A DNA stretch of 63,613 nt, filler included, from Reclinomonas americana ATCC 50394 (lineage: Eukaryota): NCBI GenBank assembly GCA_048213135.1. It is 22 parts of 22 records of this genome, joined end to end, with 100 filler letters (N's around TTAATTAATTAA, not from the genome) between each part and the next. Parts side by side here need not be neighbours in the genome. Positions count along the whole stretch, not along the records: positions 59,516 to 60,631 come from AFZH01018580.1; positions 60,732 to 63,613 come from AFZH01018581.1; 20 more parts are not named here. One strand, given 5' to 3'. The notes below the pieces were generated by a model. That model worked only from the letters and a program-made list of their open reading frames with translations. It had not been told where the DNA came from and did not search any database. The position numbers were made by a program, and so were the translations under genes. Positions 59,517 through 63,613 of this stretch are shown piece by piece (position 1 is the stretch's first letter; each line of letters begins with the position of its first letter).

Positions 59517-60110
59517 GTGCGGGTGTGGTCACTGGCGAGTGGCGAGGAGGTGCATCAGCTGCGTGGACACGACGGATGGGTGTGCTGTGTCGCCGTCTCT
59601 GCTGACGGACAGCACGTTGTGAGTGGGGGTATGGACAAGACCGTGCGAGTGTGGTCGCGGGCGACTGGGGAGGAGGTGCGCCGGCTGGAGGGAGACATCG
59701 ACATGAGGGAGGTGAACTCAGTCGCCGTCACTCCCGACGGGCAGCACATTGTGAGCGGCAGCTGGGACAACATAGTGCGCTTGTGGTCACTGGCGACTGG
59801 GGAGGAGCTGCAACGGTTGGCGGGACACACTGGCTGGGCATACTCTGTCGCCTTTACTTCCGACGGGCAGCACATAGTGAGTGGCAGTGACGACAAGACT
59901 ATTCGTGTGTGGTCCACCGCGTGTGGTCTCGCTCGCCTCGAGCTCAACGTAGCACGCGAGGCCATGCAGGCTGTGCAGGAGATGCAGCAGCGCGGCGAAG
60001 GCGAGCCGGATTCGCGATGCTTGCCGGAGATGGTGCTGCGGTGCTTTACGGTTGAGGAGGCTGAGGTTATCGCGTATCGATGCCTCGCCGATGCCGCGTT
60101 GCATCTTTGA
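59517..60110 (+). CDS. Intronless WD40 family paralog, tandem copy 1 (5' end in gap)
   Basis: Same repeat consensus and tail (SRCLPEMVLRCFTVEEAEV...LHL) as the gene at 39522-40598. Confidence 0.9.
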   Translation: MRVWSLASGEEVHQLRGHDGWVCCVAVSADGQHVVSGGMDKTVRVWSRATGEEVRRLEGDIDMREVNSVAVTPDGQHIVSGSWDNIVRLWSLATGEELQRLAGHTGWAYSVAFTSDGQHIVSGSDDKTIRVWSTACGLARLELNVAREAMQAVQEMQQRGEGEPDSRCLPEMVLRCFTVEEAEVIAYRCLADAALHL

Positions 60111-60553
60111 GGCCGTGACGCGGAGACAAGCGCCTCTTGCAGCTGTTTTTTAAATGTTGCTGCAAGGGGCGAGATATGCAGTCTCTCTCTCTCTCGTTCA
60201 ATCTTCCCTCCTCTTCTGGCTGCCAGTCATTCCTCGGGGTCCTGTGTTACTTTTCGTTTCAATGGGGCGTTGCTGCCTCTGCACAAACGTTCCCTTTTCC
60301 CTCTCCTTTCTTCCTCCCTCGACCACGTCGAATCGGGGCCTTTTCGTGTCTCCGGAATAAACAAGTGTACGTCGCGTTTGCGGTCTTGCTTTGCAGCTCT
60401 GTAGAGCACTCAGTGATGACGCGCGCCGCCTGCCCTGCTCCACGGTCAACGGGATCGCGACACGAGAACCCCAGTCTTTGAAGTCCGTCCTCGTCCTCCT
60501 CTCCTCCCTCCCTTCGTTCCCTTCCCCTTTCCTCCCCCCCCCCCTCTCATCAA

Positions 60554-61329
60554 ATGTCTCACCCCACTCCCCGCTTCCTCTGCAAGTCCATTCGTGGACA
60601 CACTGGCTTCGTGCTCTCCGTCGCCATCACTNNNNNNNNNNNNNNNNNNNNNNNNNNNNNNNNNNNNNNNNNNNNTTAATTAATTAANNNNNNNNNNNNN
60701 NNNNNNNNNNNNNNNNNNNNNNNNNNNNNNNTGTGCGAGTGTGGTCACTGGCGAGTGGCGAGGAGGTGCATCGGCTGCGTGGACACAACGGGTGGGTGTG
60801 CTGTGTCGCCGTCTCTGCTGACGGACAGCACATTGTGAGCGGCAGCTGGGATAACACAGTGCGCGTGTGGTCGCGGGCGACTGGGGAAGAGGTGCGCCGG
60901 TTGACGGGAGACTTCGACATGAGGGAGGTGAACTCAGTCGCCGTCACTCCCGACGGGCAACACATTGTGAGCGGCAGCTGTGATAACGTAGTGCGCGTGT
61001 GGTCGCTGGCGACGGGGAAGAAGGTGCGGCGGTTGGCGGGACACACTGGCTGGGCATACTCTGTCGCCGTCACTTCCGATGGCCAGCGCATAGTGAGTGG
61101 CAGTGACGACAAGACTATTTGTGTGTGGTCCACCGCGTGTGGTCTCGCCGGCTCCGAGCTCAACGCCGCACGCTCGGCCATGCAGGCTGTGCAGGAGATG
61201 CAGCAGCGCGGCGAGGACGAGCAAACGGATTCTCGATGCTTGCCGGAGATGGTGCTGCGGTGCTTTATGGTTGAGGAGGCTGAGGCCGTGGTGTATCGAT
61301 GCCGTGCGGATCCCGCGTTGCATCTGTGA
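60554..61329 (+). CDS. Intronless WD40 family paralog, tandem copy 2 (internal gap)
   Basis: ATG at 60554 (MSHPTPRFLCKSIRGHTGFVLSVAIT), spacer, then three repeats and the tail. Very close to copy 1, sharing GD(I/F)DMREVNSV. Confidence 0.88.
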
Positions 61330-61736
61330 AGCGGTGAAGCGGAAACAAGCTCCGTCTTGCAGCTGTCATTTCATTAGTGTTGCTGCAAGTGTGGAGCGCA
61401 GTTATTTCTCTCGCTGTCTCTCTCCATCTCCACTTTATACTGCTAAGTATCTGACGTTTCTTCTTTTCGATTGCTTGGGGTGTTGCTCCCTCTGACGAGA
61501 CTTGATCTAACGGCGCACATACGTTCTTCCACCACTTCGAATCGGGGCCGCCAACATCGGAATAAACCAGTGTACTCAGCGTCACCGCCTGTCTCTTCTT
61601 GCTTTGTAGCTCTGTAGAACACTCAGTAATGACAAGCTCCGCCTGCCCTGCTCCACGGCCAACGGGATCGCGACACGAGAGCACTGCAGTCCGCGAAGTT
61701 CGTCCTCCGATTGCCTTCTCCTTCTCCCTTCCGCCC

Positions 61737-62856
61737 ATGTCTCACCCCGCCACCCCTCTCCTCTCCAATTGCCTGCGGGGTCACTCCGGCTACGTCTTCT
61801 CTCTCGCCGTCACCCCCGACGGCCGGCAGTGTGTGAGCGCGAGCGGTGACAAGACTGTGCGAGTGTGGTCGCTGGCGAGTGGGCAAGAGATGCATCGACT
61901 GGAGGGGCACACAAGCGAGGTGACAACTGTGGCCATCACCCCCGATGGTCAGCACATCGTGAGCGGGAGTCGTGACACCACAATACGAGTGTGGTCGCTG
62001 GCGAGTGGCGAGGAGGTGCGACAGTTGAAGAGTCACACTGGCTGGGTGCACTCTGTCGCCATCACTCCCGACGGTCGGCATGTGGTGAGCGGGAACGCTG
62101 ACAAGACAGTGCGCGTGTGGTCGACGTCGCTGGAGAGTGGCAAGTACGTTCGACGCTGCGGTGTGAGGGGCACTCTGGCGCTGTGCGCTCTGTCGCTGTT
62201 ACTACCGACAGTGAGCACATTGTCAGTGGCAGCACGGACAAGTCGGTGCGTGTGTGGTCACTGGCGACAGGGAAGCGGGAAGCAGGTGCGACGGTTGCGC
62301 GCGCGGTCACACGGATTGGGTGAACGCTGTCGCCGTCACTTCCGATGGGCGCCTTGTTGTCAGTGGGAGTATGGATGCAACTGTGCGAGTGTGGTCACTG
62401 GCAAGTGGCAAGGAGGTGCGTCGATTGGAGGGGCACACGCACTACGTGTTGTCCGTTGCCGTCACCCCCTCTTGTCAGCACATTGTAAGCGGCAGCGAGG
62501 ATTACACAGTGCGCTTGTGGTCACTGGCGAGTGGCGAGGAGGTGCGACGGCTGGAGGAGCATGCGGGTGGCGTGCTTTCTCTGGCCGTCACTGCCGACGG
62601 TCAGAACATTATGGGTGGCAGTCTTGATAGAACGGTGCGAGTGTGGTCCACGCCCCTCGGTCTCGCCCGCCTGGAGCTCGACAAAGCTCGCGAGGCCTTG
62701 CGTGTTGGGCGAGAGATGCAGCGACGCGAGCGCGGCAGGGGCGAGAAGGATTCGCGATGCTTGCCGGAGATGGTGCTGCGGTGCTTCATTGTCGAGGAGG
62801 CTGAAGTTGTGGTGTACCGATGCCGAGTCGATCCAGCATTGTATCTGTGTTCATGA
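61737..62856 (+). pseudogene. WD40 family paralog, tandem copy 3, frameshifted as assembled
   Basis: ATG at 61737 (MSHPATPLLSNCLRGHSG). Four small insertions (6, 5, 7 and 4 nt) in 62124-62304 give a net +1 shift. Repeats and tail are intact on both sides. Confidence 0.75.
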
Positions 62857-63244
62857 TGCGGTGGTGCAGGAGACTGCAGCTCTGTTTCTTCTCCTTTCCA
62901 GCGTGATCTTCCTCTCTCCACTGTGCAGTGCTGCGTGCTTCATTGTTGACGAGATTGAGCTTGTGGTGCATCAAATCTCTTCCCACAGTGTACGTGCGAA
63001 GTATAGTAGCGGAAAAGGAGGCTACAACCCCGTTTATTTGAAATGAACGTCGCGTTTCTGCTGTGTGTACATAGCTCTGTAGAGAACCAGGTGACGATGC
63101 GCACCGCCACCACATTGCAGTTTGTGTCATGGTCAAAGGAAGTCAAGGAACTGTGACGCAGCGAAGCGTCCTCCCATCTCCTCTATTCTCAAGTTGCGAG
63201 CGCATTCCCCCTTCTCCCCCCTCTCTCCCTTCTCCCTTGCACGC

Positions 63245-63613
63245 ATGTCACACCCCGCTCCCTCTTTCCTGTGTAAGCGCCTGTGGGGCCACTACGGCTA
63301 CGTGTTCTCTGTCGCCTTCACTCCCGACGGTCGTCACCTTGTCAGTGCAGGTAACGATCACGAGGTGCGAGTGTGGTCACTGGTGAGTGGCGAAGAGGTG
63401 CGACAGTTGAAAGGCCACCTTGCTTCGGTGCACTCTGTCGCCATCACTCCCGATGGCGAGCATGTCGTGAGTGGCAGCAGTGACAACACAGTGCGAGTGT
63501 GGTCTCTGACTCGTGGCGGCCAAGTGCGGGTGATGAAGGGACACACTGACATTGTGCGGACTGTCGCCGTCACACCCGACGGGCTGCACGTCGTCAGTGG
63601 GAGTCAGGACAGG
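63245..63613 (+). CDS. WD40 family paralog, tandem copy 4 (runs off the window; absent from the ORF track)
   Basis: MSHPAPSFLCKRLWGHYGYVFSVAFTPDGRHLVSAGNDHEVRVWSLVSGEEVRQLKGHLASVHSVAITPDG..., open to the window end. Confidence 0.9.
   Translation, partial: MSHPAPSFLCKRLWGHYGYVFSVAFTPDGRHLVSAGNDHEVRVWSLVSGEEVRQLKGHLASVHSVAITPDGEHVVSGSSDNTVRVWSLTRGGQVRVMKGHTDIVRTVAVTPDGLHVVSGSQDR

Overview
This is eukaryotic (protist-like) genomic DNA: GC-rich exons, mostly 55-90-nt spliceosomal introns, microsatellite-rich. It is a scaffold of 22 contigs joined by 21 artificial 100-nt spacers (44N-TTAATTAATTAA-44N). Splice phase continues across several spacers, so contig order looks largely real. Most ORF-track entries are spurious; genes below were rebuilt by hand-splicing. 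Genes, left to right: a MORN-repeat gene in about 46 exons; an NLR-like gene (NACHT, HEPN-like, NACHT, pentapeptide, WD40); F-box/LRR; TPR; OST48/WBP1; DENN; a caspase-like C14 protease; a family of intronless WD40 genes (1 isolated, 4 tandem); a duplicated cassette of small glycine-zipper membrane genes; a Crinkler/RHS-type NTPase-nuclease; a degenerate SDR; a Cys-rich membrane protein; and NC2-beta. The most striking signal is the splicing. The MORN gene needs four 1-nt exons (one Gly codon is split over three exons), three 2-nt exons and an AT-AC intron. About 20 donors across six genes use a register-shifted GTYNNGT consensus. A second signal is the concentration of innate-immunity/conflict-type genes. 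All domain calls are by-eye motif recognition; no database search was run and the organism is not identified.
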